Shown: positions 46,701 to 60,734 of the stretch, piece by piece
Layout: every line of letters starts with the position of its first letter
Position numbering within the stretch: the first letter of the stretch is position 1
Source: Octopus sinensis
Lineage: Eukaryota
Direction of reading: 5' to 3'
DNA length: 64,000 nucleotides
Assembly: GCF_006345805.1 (NCBI RefSeq)
Contig: NC_043012.1
Location: 33,046,001 to 33,110,000, forward strand
Notes under the pieces: generated by a model
The model's database searches: none
The model's input: only the letters and a program-made list of their open reading frames with translations
What the model was told of the DNA's origin: nothing
Translations under genes and position numbers: made by a program

Positions 46701-49700
46701 TGGACTGTGAGAAGACTACAGTTGGGAGTAGAAAAAATTTGGTAACATGCTTAGAAGGTTTTTAGAAGTGAGAGGTAGATGAGTAGGGACAGCCAGTAAG
46801 GTGTCTCTACTCATCTACCTCTTACTTTGACAGAATAATAACATATTTTAAAGGTGGCGAGCTGGCAGAAACGTTAGTACGCCGGACGAAATGCTTAGCG
46901 GTATTTCGCCTGCCGTTACGTTGTGAGTTCAAATTCCACCGAGGTCGACTTTGCCTTTCATCCTTTCGGGGTCGATAAATTAAGTATCAGTTGTGCACTG
47001 GGATTGATGTAATCGACTTAATACCTTGATCTGTCTTTGTTTGTCCCCTCTGTGTTTAGCCCCCTGTGGGCAATCAAGAAATAAGAATAATAACATATTG
47101 AGCAACAAGTAGAAAGTCATATTGAAAGAAAGTAGGGTACGTTTTTGCTGGCAACTTACCTACGATAGCATAATTTAACAGTTCTCGTTCCCTAAATACA
47201 GTATCAAGATTGATTTTGCCTATTTCAGATCTCATTGTTGTTTGAGCAAGCTGTGTGATAGCGTACTCAGCATCTTCAACACCATAGCTGGCCTGAAAAA
47301 GAAAGAAATCTGTGAATTATCAGAAATCTAAACCAGGTGTGCACAGCTTGGAATGTAATTGGATTTCATTGTACAGACAACACAAAGGTGTGCAATAAAC
47401 AAGTTTGTTTTGCAGCTATAAGGTTTCTGGTTTGACTCACTGCATGATTCTTAAGAAAGTGTCTTTTGTATGGAAGTCCAATGGAGAGACCATTCCTGTC
47501 CTTGGGTAGCAGACTGCTTATTCTCTTGAATTAACCCTTTGGCATTCAGATTACTATGTTATATGGCCCCTGTGCCGGTGGCACATAAAAAAGCACCCAC
47601 TACACTCACGGAGTGGTCAGCGTTAGGAAGGGCATCCAGCTGTAGAAACACTGCCAGATCAGACTGGAGCCTGGTGCAGCCTTCTGGCTTCCCAGACCTC
47701 GGTCGAACCATCCAACCCGTGCTAGCATGGAAAACGGACGTTAAACGATGATGATGACGTAATACTTAATTATTCATTGTTTTGACTCAATCCTGCATCA
47801 TCTCATAGTTTCAAGATTTTGATGATGGACTGTTCATTTCTAAGATGACATTGTAAAGTAGTTATAAGAGGCCATGCCTGGCTGCTTTAAATGCCAGAGG
47901 GCTAACACCACTATTTGGCCCACTGCTTTTTCTGCTTTGATTAAGCCATATATACGAGAGTGGACTGGAAGATTCATAGGCTGACTATGAACGAGTGATG
48001 CTAGAGCTATGAAATCTTCCATGCAACTCTTAATAACTCTATTGTTTCTCTCCAGGTAAAACTGACATCTGACTGTTCAAAGAAGACTTCAAAAGTAACT
48101 AATAGCAACTTCTTTTGAAAATGGACAAAATTTGGTATCATGGCCTCATCAAGTACCTGCAGAAAAGCAATTTTGTCCACAAGGACATTCATGCTGACAT
48201 GCTTGCTAAATCAGAAGATGATGCTCTAGATTTATCAACAGTGCAAAAGTAGGAAGCTGAATTTAGGATAGAAATTGAGGAGAGTCTTGAAGATGACCCA
48301 AGGTCTGGATGTCTTGCAAGTGCCGCCACCAAGGGAAAATTTGATTGTGTTTGACTATAAATCAAATAGCCAATACTGTTAACATATTTCATGAGAGTTG
48401 AGAATATTTTGCACAATGAATTTAGCATGATGAAGGCCACGTCTTCTGACACCGGATCACATCATGGGAAAATCTGAGATTGAGGCAGACCCAGCCAGTT
48501 TCTTTTAATGTTTCCTAACCCAAGATGAGTGTTAGTTCACAACTTAGAGCTAGAGACAACCCACGCAGTGGAAATATCCCTCCTCACCTGCTCCAAATAA
48601 GGCCAAAGTTATTTCACTTGCAGGGTAGGTGATGGCCTCAGTTTCTTGGGATGCAAAAGGTATTGTGTTTATTGACTATTTTGAAAGGGGCCAACCCATC
48701 AACGGAGAGTATTATGCCAACTTACTGAGGCAGTTACAAAAGGCCATCAAGACCAAACACCCAAGAAAACTGACAAAAGGGAGTCTTGTTTCACTAGGAC
48801 AATTCTCCAGCACACAAGTCCTTGCTTTCAATGGCTTCTGTGCATGACTGTGACTTTGAACTGGTTGATCACCGTCCCTGTTCTCCTGATTTGGCCCCAT
48901 CTGACAATCATCTGTTCCCCAACATGAAAAAACACTTGGCTGGGAACCAGCATCACCATGATGTTGATGACTTTTTCAACCAACAGGATGAACGCTTCTT
49001 TACCAAGGGGGACCCAACCACTCTACAGAGTGTACTGGGTGCTTTTATGTGACACTGGCACAGGCATGAGTATGGCTACTTTTACATGGTACCAGAATCC
49101 ATGAGTCTACAAGACTAGGAACTCTCTGCTGAGAGACGGGTGTAGAGGACACGCTTGCATGCATGGACATACATGATTTCATTTAGATTGGTCTGTCATG
49201 CACAGCAAACCATCAGAAGTCTCAGTCCCTTGTCACCTCTCCTGTGAGGCTCAATGTCTGAATATCCTTTATCACTTCTTCATCCCACATCTTCCTGGGT
49301 CTGCCCCTTCCATATTATAAAAATATCATTTCTACTGCAAGTGAGTTATTAACCCAAAAAATAACGATAAAAAAAAATCACTAAATTAAGGCTAACCCTT
49401 TTGATATCAATCTGCTCAACAGAGTCCTTCATTCTGTGATACAAATTTCATATTTTAAAACTTTCCATCAAAATTTCATGTAAGTTTATGTTCCAAACAC
49501 TAGTTTAATAAAGTTATTTTACTAAATTCATTGTTATTTCCAAAATTAATTGAAACACAATGTATATCAACAGAAATATGGGAACAAGAGAAGGGTTAAA
49601 AAGGCAAAGAACAGCATTGGACAAAATACAGTAAAATGTTAAAAGAGAACAAGAAGTGCCTTACTTTGTATGCATCGACCACTCTGAGGTAAAGTACTCC

Positions 49701-52700
49701 ATCAATTTGTAAGGTAACATTATCTGCAAGGAGTAGAAAGTGTTTCATGGATTATTACATTGACTGAACATCACATGGAAGTTAAACTAAACCAAGTAAC
49801 ATCTCATCTCTATTATTTATCATATAAAAACAATGGTGTGGGGGCTGGTGCCACATGAAAAGCACCCAGTACACTCTGTAAAGTGGTTGGCGTTAGGAAG
49901 GGCATCCAGCTGTAGAAACCAGGCCAAAAAGACACGGAGCCTGGGCAGCTCTTCAGCCGGCCAGCTTCTGTCAAATTGTCCAACCCATTCCAGCATGGAA
50001 AACGGACATTAAATGGTGATGATGATAGTAAAATCATGACCATCCATCCATACAGGCATGTCTCTCTGTCAGCTGAGAGGTCCTTGTCTTATGGGCTTGC
50101 AAATGCCGGTGCCACATAAAAAGCACCTGTTTCAGTATCAGATAAGAAGCACCTGTGTCGGTGCAGCATAGAAAAGCCCCTAGTACACTCGTGTAAAGTG
50201 GCTGGCATTAGGAAGGGCATCTGGCTGTAGAAACCAGGCCAAAACAGACTACGGAACCTGGTGGTGGCTCCTGGCCTCGCTAGTTAAGCCATCCACCCAA
50301 TGCCAATATGGAAAACAGATGCTAAAGGTTGATGATGGCAGTAATTAATTATAGGAGGAAATGGCCTGCCTGTGTGATTTAGGAGTTTGCTTCACAATCA
50401 AAGTGTCCATGGTTCAATCTCATTGTCCAGCATTTTGGGCAAGTGTATTCTACTGAAGCTTTGCGAGTGAAGTTTGTTAAATAGAAACTGTGAGATAGTT
50501 GGTCATGTTAACCAACCGCATAGCGTTCAGACTACTCTGTCAAATGTAATGCTTATTTATTCACATTGATTTGAATTATTCATGCATTATCTCACAGCTC
50601 TGAGATTTCAATATGATCTATCTTTTAGAATGACATTGCAGGGTAAGTGCGAAAGGCTGAACTTGGCTGTTTGAACATAAAACAAGTACATCTTCCCGCC
50701 ACTTTGAGTAATTAGCACTTATCTTAAATAATGTAAGTGTGTGTGTGTGTGTATTCAAATTCAGTCATAAGCATTATGAAAATAAGATTGTAGTACAGCA
50801 TATTAAAATCTGTTAAAGTGTTATTAATATAGTTGTACTGCAGTAGAATAATAGATTATGTCTTTGGTTTCTTTCCATCATTAAGATTGGTTAAATTCCA
50901 CTGCCAAAGTAACAGTGGAATTTCCACAAGTGCTGCTAATAGCAATTAATTAACTATGAATATCTTTCTACAGCAATGAACACACATCTGTTCTTTGAGT
51001 AGCTATCTGAGAGTTAAGTGTCTCTGGTCAAGCTGACCTCTCAGAGAGTTGTCTTGTTACAAGCTGTTGACATTGGTCACCCTCAGTAGGGAATCTCTCT
51101 CTCTCTCTCTCTCTCATCATCATCGTTTAATGTCCGCTTTCCATGCTAGCATGGGTTGGACGATTTTGACTGAGAGCTGGCGAACCAGATGGCTGCACCA
51201 AGCTCCAATCTTGATCTGGCAGAGTTTCTACAGCTGGATGCCCTTCCTAATGCCAACCACTCCGAGAGTGTAGTGGGTGCTTTTTATGTGCCAGTCAGGT
51301 GATACTGGCAATGACCTAGCTCGAATCTTTTTACACATGCCACTGGCACAGGTACCAGTAAGTTGACGTTGGTAACAATCACACTCGAATGGTGCCCTTT
51401 TATGTGCCACTCTGCTTCCACCATTTTCTTTCCAGGCCTGTCTCTTTGCTTTTATAGTGCTGTCCATCTTATTCTACCAGCATATCACCAACATCTAACA
51501 ACAAACTTTCCACACATCCTACCTCAAGAAACCAAATTACATTTCCTCTTTTAAACTGCATCTTTTTCTTCCTCACATTTCCTCTTCTTACACTATAACC
51601 TTTCGTTATCTGACACAAGATCTCCTCCTCTCAAAATTCCTTATCTTGCAAGCTACTTGGTAACCCTGCTAGTGTTGGTGCCACATAAAAAGCACTCAGT
51701 CCACTCGATGGGGTGGTTGGTGTTAGGAAGAGCATCCAGCCATAAAAATCCTGCTAAAACAAACATGGTAGCCTGGGGTGGTCTTTTGCCTGGCTGGCTC
51801 CTGTCAAACTGTCCAACTCATGCTTGCAAGGAAGGCAAATGTTAAACGATGATGATGATGAGGACATTACTGTATACAATGCTGTATGTAGATAGGAGTG
51901 GACCGTAGAGAAGTGTTTTGCTTATAGCCGCAGTACCCTACCAAACGAGGCATAACTTCATTATAGATAAATGATAAATAATTTCATACAAGACGAATAG
52001 TGTCTGGTTGCAGATGCTGTTTATGGACTCCTTCAGGAAAATAGTAAAAAAAAATGTGAATGAGGATAGGGAGTTTTATGATGCAAATGTTTTGATGATC
52101 TGCAACACTAACTTTAAGAAACCAGCATAAATGAGGTATTGCCAAGCCTTCCCCTACAACTCATCTTCTAACAACCATCCTTCCATCAAACTTCTAACTG
52201 TGGAACCATACACTCAGGTGCTGTAAAAATGATACCCCTTATTTCCCTGACATTTCACTTTGTATTCCTACTGCTATCCCTTATCCTTTCCTCCTCCTTA
52301 CCCCTCTACTATTTCTTTCATTGCATCCAACTTAATCCCCATTTCTAACCATCTGCCATACTCTTTTCCCTCTAGTGCACTTACCCACCTTTTCCAATCT
52401 TCTATCCTTATTTTCACTCTCTCACAAAAAATTCACTTTGAGGTGGGGTATGCCCTCGCCATCTCTCTCTCTTTCCAGCTGGGAAGTCATGTAGTGAATT
52501 CTTCAATAAGAGACTTGTACTCCTATCACACTTTCACATTCTTCAATACTATACCCTACTTGGTGACCCCATAAATGCTTGGTGCCACAAAACCACCCAA
52601 TACATTTTTGTGAAGTGGTTGGCATTAGGAAGGCCAAAGCAGATGCTGAAGCTTAATGCAGCCTTGTGGTTTGTTGAGTCCTACTGACCTGTCCAACCCA

Positions 52701-55211
52701 TGCCAGCATGGAAAAAGGGATGTTAAATGATGATTACGACAGGGAATTTAAAGGAAAAGAAAAAAAATAGAAGAACTTACCAATAGAAATAGCACTTTGT
52801 TGGGGAATATCAATGGCAATTTCTTTCAAACTTTGGACGTATTTAATGGTATCAATAACAGGAAAAACCAAGTTAAGGCCCTAGAAAAGAAAATAACATG
52901 TAAGTTGAATAGTTTTTTTGTTCAATTCTAAGTTTGTGGCACAAAAAAAAAAAACCTGAAAATTTCAAACACTTGGAAATGGCCAACAACTGTAAATGCT
53001 AGAGTTGTTTTTATTCTTAATCATAAAAAATTATTTACTAAATCTTGTTAGAATTTCAAGGCCAGAACTCTACACTACCACAGATCTCATGGCAATAAAT
53101 CACGAGAACCTACAATATTTAGAAACAAATTAGTCAACTCTGGAGGAGCATAGGATAAAATTTGAATACTAGTGAGCTGAGAAAGTGACAGAGCATCAAA
53201 TATTGAGTATATACAAGAGAAATTGCTGTACTGATACAATTATCCTGAATGAACAATGCATGCTGAGTGACCAAAGCCCTGTGAATAGAATTTAGTTGAA
53301 GGTGTCTGTGTTAGAAACAGACCAAGGAAGATTTGAAGAAGATACAGTTAGGTCAGATGTGGGCTTAACCCTTTTGTTACCAAATTCCGGTTAAAATACA
53401 CTGCCTTTCATCATCATCATCATTTAACGTTCGCTTTCCATGCTAGCATGGGTTGGACGAATGACTGAGGGCTGGCGAACCAGATGGCTGCACCAGGCTC
53501 CAATCTGATTTGGCAGAGTTTCTACAGCTGGATGCCCTTCCTAATGCCAACCACTCCGAGAATGTAGTGGGTGCTTTTACGTGCCACCGGCACAGGGACC
53601 AGTCAGATGGTACTGGCAATGACTTTGCTCGAATCTTTTACGCCTTTGTTTTAATTAATTTTGGAAATAACGAAGAATTTAGCAAAGTAACTTTTATCGT
53701 TAACCTGGAGTTTGGAACATTAATTAATAAGAAATTTTTATGGAAGGTTTCAATTTAGCGCACTTTAAAATAGGAAGCATGTATCATAGATCCATATGCA
53801 ATCTTGAACAATTTGGCATCAAAAAGGGATAATACATAGGTTAGAGATGCATGGAGAGGAGCTGTAATGGAGAAATGTCCAACCCGTATCAGTACTAACA
53901 GAGATAACATTCTAATATCCTGTCATTGAAATGTGTGATATCAACTTTTCCTCTTTCAAGTTACTTAACCTTATGGCTGGTTAACCAAATTAAAGACAAG
54001 CCGTTAGCCGAATACATTTTGACCTCTAAGACAGAAATCTAATCCACTTAACTCCAGTTTTTCTCTTAATTGTCAAGAGCATTCAAGCTTCATTAGCAGC
54101 TAATTGTTGAAGAAGCCAATAACTGTTAGCAGATTAGTGGCTATTTGTAACTGGATAATCCAATCTGAATAAATCTCTTCACTGCAAAATCAAATAAATA
54201 GATTGTAAACTATATCAAGACTAACAAAATATTTACACAATGGGCTTCTTTCAGTTTCCATCTACCAAATCTACCCATTAGGCTTTATCAGTGCAAGGCT
54301 ATAATAGAAAACACTTGCCCGAGGTGTCACGCACTGGGACTGAACCCAGAACCATGTGGTTGGGAAGCAAGCTTCTTACCATACAGCTGCACTTGCACCA
54401 GCCCACAGCTATAGAACACATCAGCCAACAGTTCATGCAGTGGGATTGAACCCTGAACCACATGGTTCAAAGTAAGCTTCTTAACCACAAAGCCATACTG
54501 TTTCAATCTACTTAATTAGAAATAATTACTCCAATTACTTTACAGTTGTATAGCTGGCATCAGGTATGTGAAGTTAACGAGCACAAGGACAATGGATTAG
54601 AAGAACCGTTATTAGTATGACGAACAAAATACCTGTGGTGTTTAGCAATGTTTTGAGTCCATGTCTCACTCAGGTGAACTTCACTATTCATCTTCACGGT
54701 TGACAGAATAAACAGACTACACACCAGCCCTGCCCCTAAATGTGAGAAACTGATACAAGAAAGTGAATGCAATAGTGAAAATAACCTAGTATAAAGACAG
54801 TCCTATGTATGATGATGCATATACTCCAATTTTCCCACATATCTGGCCAAGACCAATACTACCTGAAGTTTATTTCATAAAAAGGTTCACCACTTGCTAC
54901 ATTTAACATGTATTTCGAGCAGGTACGATTTCCTTGCTGCTAGTTGTATACTTTGACAGAGCTTTACTGGGAGTATTAGACAAAAGCAACGCATAAAACC
55001 TTCCTTGAGCTAATGAAAAAAAACAAAAGTTAAAAATAGTAAACCAAACAAAAATAAATAGAGTACACACTGGTTCTAAGATTTTATGGTATTTGCCGAA
55101 TCTTTCAATAATCCATGCTTCTTGTTGTGGGACAAATAATAACATTGTGTTCATTGGTAATCTCGATCGATGCCGTACATGTTGTTGGGCTCCGCTGACC
55201 ATGTTCAGAAC
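37617..55211 (-). CDS. STOML2: Stomatin-like protein 2, mitochondrial (SPFH/band-7); spliced, first exon not located
   Basis: Ten phase-consistent exons: 55211-55071, 52880-52781, 49723-49665, 47292-47160, 45666-45610, 44201-44109, 42381-42283, 40722-40643, 39313-39185, 37730-37617 (334 aa + TGA). Motifs FVPQQEAWIIERFG, YVQSLKEIAI, DNVTLQIDGVLY, ASYGVED, LAQTTMRSEIGK, CLRYEI, MQMQVEAERKKRAAILESEG. Confidence 0.95.
39185..39313 (-). CDS. STOML2: STOML2 exon (HGSDAVSMKIAEEYVYAFSQLAK...SGMVTQ)
   Basis: ttaaag| and |gtat; 129 bp. Confidence 0.92.
40643..40722 (-). CDS. STOML2: STOML2 exon (GEAEAIVKRAKAKSESILLIANAIAEN)
   Basis: tttaag| and |gtaagt; 80 bp. Confidence 0.92.
42283..42381 (-). CDS. 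STOML2: STOML2 exon (GIREADINVAEGNKQSIILASEANKLERINQAA)
   Basis: ttcaag| and |gtaag; 99 bp. Confidence 0.92.
43190..43410. mobile_element. piggyBac-type (TTAA) MITE
   Basis: TTAA|TCCTTTCGTTAC...GTAACGAAAGGG|TTAA; same body as 28204-28423. Confidence 0.78.
44109..44201 (-). CDS. STOML2: STOML2 exon (RDMKLPARIQEAMQMQVEAERKKRAAILESE)
   Basis: tatcag| and |gtttgg; 93 bp. Confidence 0.92.
45026..45417 (+). mobile_element. 5'-truncated RTE-clade (BovB-like) LINE with TSD
   Basis: Open frame RINAFKLWCWRRLLRIPWTARLTN...YFSHIMRR...GKRGRGRPRTRWLD...DRTDWR; (ATAG)n tail; TSD ATTATCAGTGAA at 45014-45025 and 45418-45429. Confidence 0.88.
45610..45666 (-). CDS. STOML2: STOML2 exon (EAINKAAEAWGIDCLRYEI)
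   Basis: tttcag| and |gtaagt; 57 bp. Confidence 0.92.
47160..47292 (-). CDS. STOML2: STOML2 exon (ASYGVEDAEYAITQLAQTTMRSEIGK...LNYAIV)
   Basis: tttcag| and |gtaag; 133 bp. Confidence 0.93.
48121..49010 (+). pseudogene. Degenerate mariner transposase (second family)
   Basis: MDKIWYHGLIKYLQK; VMASVSWDAKGIVFIDYFERGQPINGEYYANLL; HRPCSPDLAPSDNHLFPNMKKHLAG. Confidence 0.85.
49665..49723 (-). CDS. STOML2: STOML2 exon (DNVTLQIDGVLYLRVVDAYK)
   Basis: ttgcag| and |gtaag; 59 bp. Confidence 0.92.
52781..52880 (-). CDS. STOML2: STOML2 exon (GLNLVFPVIDTIKYVQSLKEIAIDIPQQSAISI)
   Basis: ttctag| and |gtaag; 100 bp. Confidence 0.93.
55071..55211 (-). CDS. STOML2: STOML2 exon (VLNMVSG...FVPQQEAWIIERFGKYHKILEP)
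   Basis: ttttcag| and |gtgtgt; 141 bp. Confidence 0.9.
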
Positions 55212-57084
55212 CTGAAAATGCAAACAAGAGACAATAATCAAATTTATGACATTCTCAAATCGAAAACAAACCAAATTTAGTTCTTGATACCAATCCATCC
55301 GAGACCACCCACCACCACCACCAACTGAAAATCTCTTGTTAAAATACTATTACTGTTGTAATTTGAGTGGTATTGAGGCTAACATTTCATTGCAGTTTGT
55401 GTCCAAAACACTGGCTTAATATACAAATACAGGTTATTTAGGTAGCATTAGATCAAATACAAAAGTATGTCACTGGTTCAAGCAATTTCAGAAAAGCTGT
55501 CACATAAATAATTTCAACTTCTGAAAATGTTGGAGTAAATTTAGATTACGAATGACATTGAAATAAATTTAAAATCAAAAGTATTCATCATCGTTTAACG
55601 TCTGCTTTCCAAGCTAGCATGAGTTGGACGATTTGACTGAAGGCTGGCAAACCAAACTCCAATCTGGCAGAGTTTCTACAGCTGGATGCCCTTCCTAACG
55701 TCAACCAATCCGAGAGTGTGGTGGGTGCTTTTACTTTTTGTAGTCGGCGAGCTGGCAGAAACGTTAGGATGCCGGGTGAAATGCTTAGCGGTATTTTGTC
55801 TGCCGCTACGTTCTAAGTTCAAATTCCGCCGATGTCCACTATGCCTTTCATCCTTTCGAGGTCGATTAAATAAGTACCAGTTATGCATTGGGGTCGATGT
55901 AATCGACTTAATCCGTTTGTCCCCTCTGTGTTTAGCCCCTTATGGGTAGTAAAGAAATAGGTATTTTAAAGTGGCTTTGTAGTGAGGAATGAATGATTTC
56001 ATGTATGTAAATACAATTCTGTGACAGTATACTGGAATGGTTATCTTCTTTCAGTTCAATTGAATAGTTGTTTATATTTTGGTCAAGAGAATTTCTATAC
56101 AAGATGTAAAACTCGTATTTCTGGCTGTGATGCGGCAATCAGCTGCCAGAAAGGTGCACCACTGCCGAGGTCTTGTTGCCATTGCGAAATGGCTGATAAG
56201 CAGAGGAAAATTTAGCAATTCTTTCATCTTTTTAGGAGAAATTTCATTTAGATAATTAAAAAAATATTTCTTGTAGGTAACACAGACATTAAATAATATA
56301 AGACGCATGTGTGGGTAATGTATGCCCAGGGAAGGAGGTATAGATGGGGTGATGTGACCTTTCCACATAACTGCCAAAATACTATAAGCAATTTTTTTGT
56401 ACTAACAGGCTGTGATATCTTGGCTGGCTTTCAATATTCTATTATCAGTAATAGTTATTGTATCTAGTGGAGTTATGCTTGTCTGGTTCTCAATCCTGCA
56501 ATACTCGGTCATTAATCTGTAATACAGTGACATTAAACACAAGGCAGATTTTTACAACATGGGGAAGAGAAACAAAACCTTGCATTATTCACACATTGGC
56601 AAATACAATATTTGATTGTTAAGAGGACTGAGGCAATGTAGAATTAAGAGTACTGTTAATGGATAATGGTATGCTTGCATTTGGTATTTGTGAGAAGAAA
56701 TAAGTGGAGAAGGCAGGGGAGAAGAAGTGTTTTGAAAATGTGAACCTGGCAGAGGGAGGGAGCAGTGATTCCAGTTGACAGCAGTATGAATTAAAGATAT
56801 GAAGGCAGGAGAAGTTCCTGGTTCATAAGGAATTACTACTTAGATAGCAGGGGATGGTATCATACCCAACAACGAGCGAGCTGGCAGAAACGGTAGCATG
56901 CCAGGCGAAATGCTTAGTGGTATTTTGTCTGCAGTTACGTTCTGAGTTCAAATTCCGCTGAGGTCAACTTTGCCTTTCATCCTTTAGGGTCGATATAATC
57001 GACTTAATCCCTTTGTCTGTCCTTGTTTATCCCTTCTGTGTTTAGCCCCTTGTGGGTGGTAAAGAAATAGGTATCATACCCAAC

Positions 57085-58790
57085 AACTGATGTAACAGTA
57101 TTATAGTCAGTTGTTACAAGGATAAAGGAGATGCCTTAAATAGGAGTAATGAGAGAAGTATCAAATTAGTGGACCAGGTTATGTAAGTCCCTAAAAGAGT
57201 TATAAGGTCAACTAACTTATGAAGAGAATTAGCCTAGATGAGACTGTGTGGTTTCATGTCAGGGAGAAGTACTACTGAGGCCCTGTTTCTAGTAAGACAA
57301 ATGTAGGTAAAGTATTTAGCCTAAAGTAAACTGCTGCTGCACTTGGCTGTTACTGTACTGGAGAAAGCCCTCAACACTGCCCCTAGGGTCCTTGCTCCCT
57401 GATCTGGTAGTTGCTGCAAAAGCTAGTAGGTGAATGGTAAACGAGAACTGTCCAAATCATGTACAGGGGTGCTGTCAGTAAGATGAAAGTTAGCAATGAG
57501 TACAACAACGAATTTAGTGTGCAGGTAGTTCTCCAGGGCTTGTCTCTCAGTACTCTCCTACTTATCAAAGCCCCCAGAACATAACAGAAAGTTGAATTAT
57601 AAAAAAAATTCCAGGTGTGGATGCAAAACTTAGAATTAAATTAGCAAAAACCAATGGATTTTGTAAGCAGAAAAATAGACAGCACTCTAATCCCTACGGG
57701 AAAATGGCTGTTTCTGATCTGCAGAAGAGGTGTAGGTAGAAATTTCAGTGAACTCAGTGCAAACTATGAACACACAGGAGATGCAGTGGAATGGGGGGGG
57801 CTCCTTGAAAACCCAGAAGAATCTCATGGATCTTATGAGTTAGTACATAGTTTGTTACCTAGGTAACCTATTTAGCAGCAGAAGAAAGTAACGTTGCTAG
57901 AGTACAAACTATCTGGAGAAATTTAGAGAACTATCATCTTTTTTGGCAGCAAAAGGTCTCTCTTCTGGAGTGAAAAGGAAAACTGTATGATGCATGGGTA
58001 CAAACAATATTGCTACATGGAAGTGAAACATGGGCTGTAAATGCAGTGGACATGTGAAGACTGGAAAGGAATGAAACAAGCATGTTTTGCTGGATGTGCA
58101 ATGTCAGAGTGTATGTATGACAAAGCAAGTGTATTAAAAGAAAAACTGAGCGTAAGAGGCGTCAGGTGTGGTATGCCGAAGAGAATACTGCACTGGTATG
58201 ATCATGAGATGCATATAGGTGAGAACAGGTGCATAAAGAAGTGTCAATTGCTAAATGTGGATGGAGCTGGTGGGAAAGAGATAGCCAGGAAGATGCAGGT
58301 CATCATTATCATTGTTTAACATCCGCTTTCCATGCTAGCATGGGTTGGACGGTTCGACTGGGGTCTGGGAAGCCAGGAGGCTGCACCAGGCCCAGTCTGA
58401 TCTAGCAGTGTTTCTACAGCTGGATGCCCTTCCTAACGCCAACCACTCCATGAGTGTAGTGGATGCTTTTTACGTGCGAACGGCACATAGGCCAGGCGAG
58501 GCTGGCAACGGCCACGATTGGTTGGTGCTTTTTATGTGCCACCAGCACGGAGGCCAGTCGATGCAGCGCTGGCAACGGCCACCTTCGGATGGTTCTTTTA
58601 CGTGCCACCGGCACTGGTATCACAACTACAATTCCCATTGATTTTTGATCTATTTCGATTTCACTTGCCTCAACAGGTCTTCGCAAGACCTGTTGAAGTC
58701 AAAGTAGTAAAAACTGACATAAGGTTGTCGAGCCTCTTGGAAAAGATGAAAATGGACTGAGGCAGCCGGTGATTTGCCATGCTCCCGATG
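57085..58790 (+). mobile_element. Old, decayed RTE LINE (RT domain and C-terminus) interrupted by an inverted family-C copy at ~58302-58690
   Basis: Remnants YKDKGDA, GFMSGRSTTEALFLVRQ, KGKLYDAWVQTILLHGSETWAV; after the insertion KVVKTDIRLSSL. Confidence 0.7.
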
Positions 58791-60734
58791 ACCTGTTCAA
58801 CTCAGCAAAAAACTAATGTCTATTCCTTAACACCCAATATGTACCCATCAAGCCTGCCCTAAACTTATCTTCATCCTACCTTCACTCAAACTACACTGCT
58901 ATTTCTTCAGCTGTTGTAATTACAAGAACAGAACTGTACATTTTCCATCCCTACCTTTGGCTACCAGTTATTCCTCCATTTGGAACTACTTCCCTCATCA
59001 CTCATCGCACGTTTTTGACATCATCCCTTACTACCTTATTTTACCATTGAATACCTCTTTCACCTGAATACCTGTTTCTTTACTACCCAAAAGGGGCTAA
59101 ACACAGAGGACAAACAAGGACAGACAAACGGATTAATTCAATTATATCGCCCTCAGTGCGTAACTGGTACTTAATTTATCGACCCTGAAAGGATGAAAGG
59201 CAAAGTCGACCTCGGTGGAATTTGAACTCAGAACGTTAACTGCAGACGAAATACCACTAAGCATTTCGCCTGGCATGCTAACGTTTCTGCCACCTTGCCC
59301 CCTTTTTCACCTGAATACCTGCTCATGTTTACCATCAACACCCCCTCCATTGCTCACTGGGGTAGCCATGTGTCTCCTCTATGGCAAAGTACCTGTTCAT
59401 GCCCCTCTATCATAGTCAACATCTGGTACAAAGTCACCTTCCTTGATGCTGCAACCCACATACTGCCAAGGTGCCTTGTCGTTTTGAATTATTTGGCAAC
59501 CACATTTGTGCTAAGAAGTATTTGGTACATTGTGTAAAATGGTTGGCATTAAGAATGGCATCCAACTGTAGAAACCATACCAAAACGGAGTTCAATGCAC
59601 TCCCCTGGTTTGTCAGATCTTGTTGAAGCATCCGACCTATGCCACAACGGAATGTGGATTTTAAATGATGATGATCACTCATTTCGTTTCCACAATAAGT
59701 GAGGTGAATAAACACGAAAATATGAATCGAATCTTGAAAGAGTGAAAAGAGAATTCATGGATATTAAATACTGTGAAACATAATAACCATTCAAAACAAT
59801 CCAAGGTGTTATGTGAAACGAGATTTTGTAAAAGTAATATGTTATTGGTCTAAGGTACATTATTTACCCCCAGTCTAACCAAACGATCAAAGCTGTTTCA
59901 AGGAAACATTCAACAACTTTTTGTTTTGGGATTTGGTTTGCAAGATTCTTTATATGAGTTGAAGCATATTCTATTGTCTGGGGAGAGTCATTTTCTTTTT
60001 GTGCCTTATTATGTAACACACTCACCGATAAAATTTCCACTTGTTTCTTATTTTTATTGTCCTCAAATTTGGGTTGCGTCTTACAACCTTTTCTTGTTCC
60101 ATGACAGATATATTTTTTCTGTCTCTTGGAATACACATTATCACATTGGCTCCAGTGAAACTCATTGAAAATAATATTACTTTCACATCATATATTATAT
60201 GATGGCAAACCCCAGCTGTCAGAAGAAACTATTATCATAATAGTTGACAATACACTAGGCTTGACTGAGTAGTAAGAAACTTTCTTCCCAACCACATGGT
60301 TCTGAGTTCAATTCCACTGCATGGCACCTTGTGCAAGTGTCTTCTATTTTAGCCTTGAGTGGACCAAACGCCTTGTCAGTAGATTTGGTAGACAGAAACT
60401 GAAAGAAGTCCATTATATATGTGTGTGTGTGTGTTTGTCCCTCACTGCTTGACAACTGGTGTTGGTGTGTTTATATCCCTGTAACTAAAGGGACACAAAG
60501 GAGACAGATGGAATAAAACCTAGTACTTTAAAAATAGCAGTACTGGGGTAAATTCATTTGATTAAAATTCAAGGCAGTGCCCCAGCATGGCAGCATTCTA
60601 ATGACTGAAACAAGTGAAAGATAAATCCAAAGAGGGCCCCATCATGAAGAGCCAATTAAAGCTTCACCTAACATTATACAGGATTTACACACACACACAA
60701 AATTATACTGAACACAAGATATATCTAACTCAAA

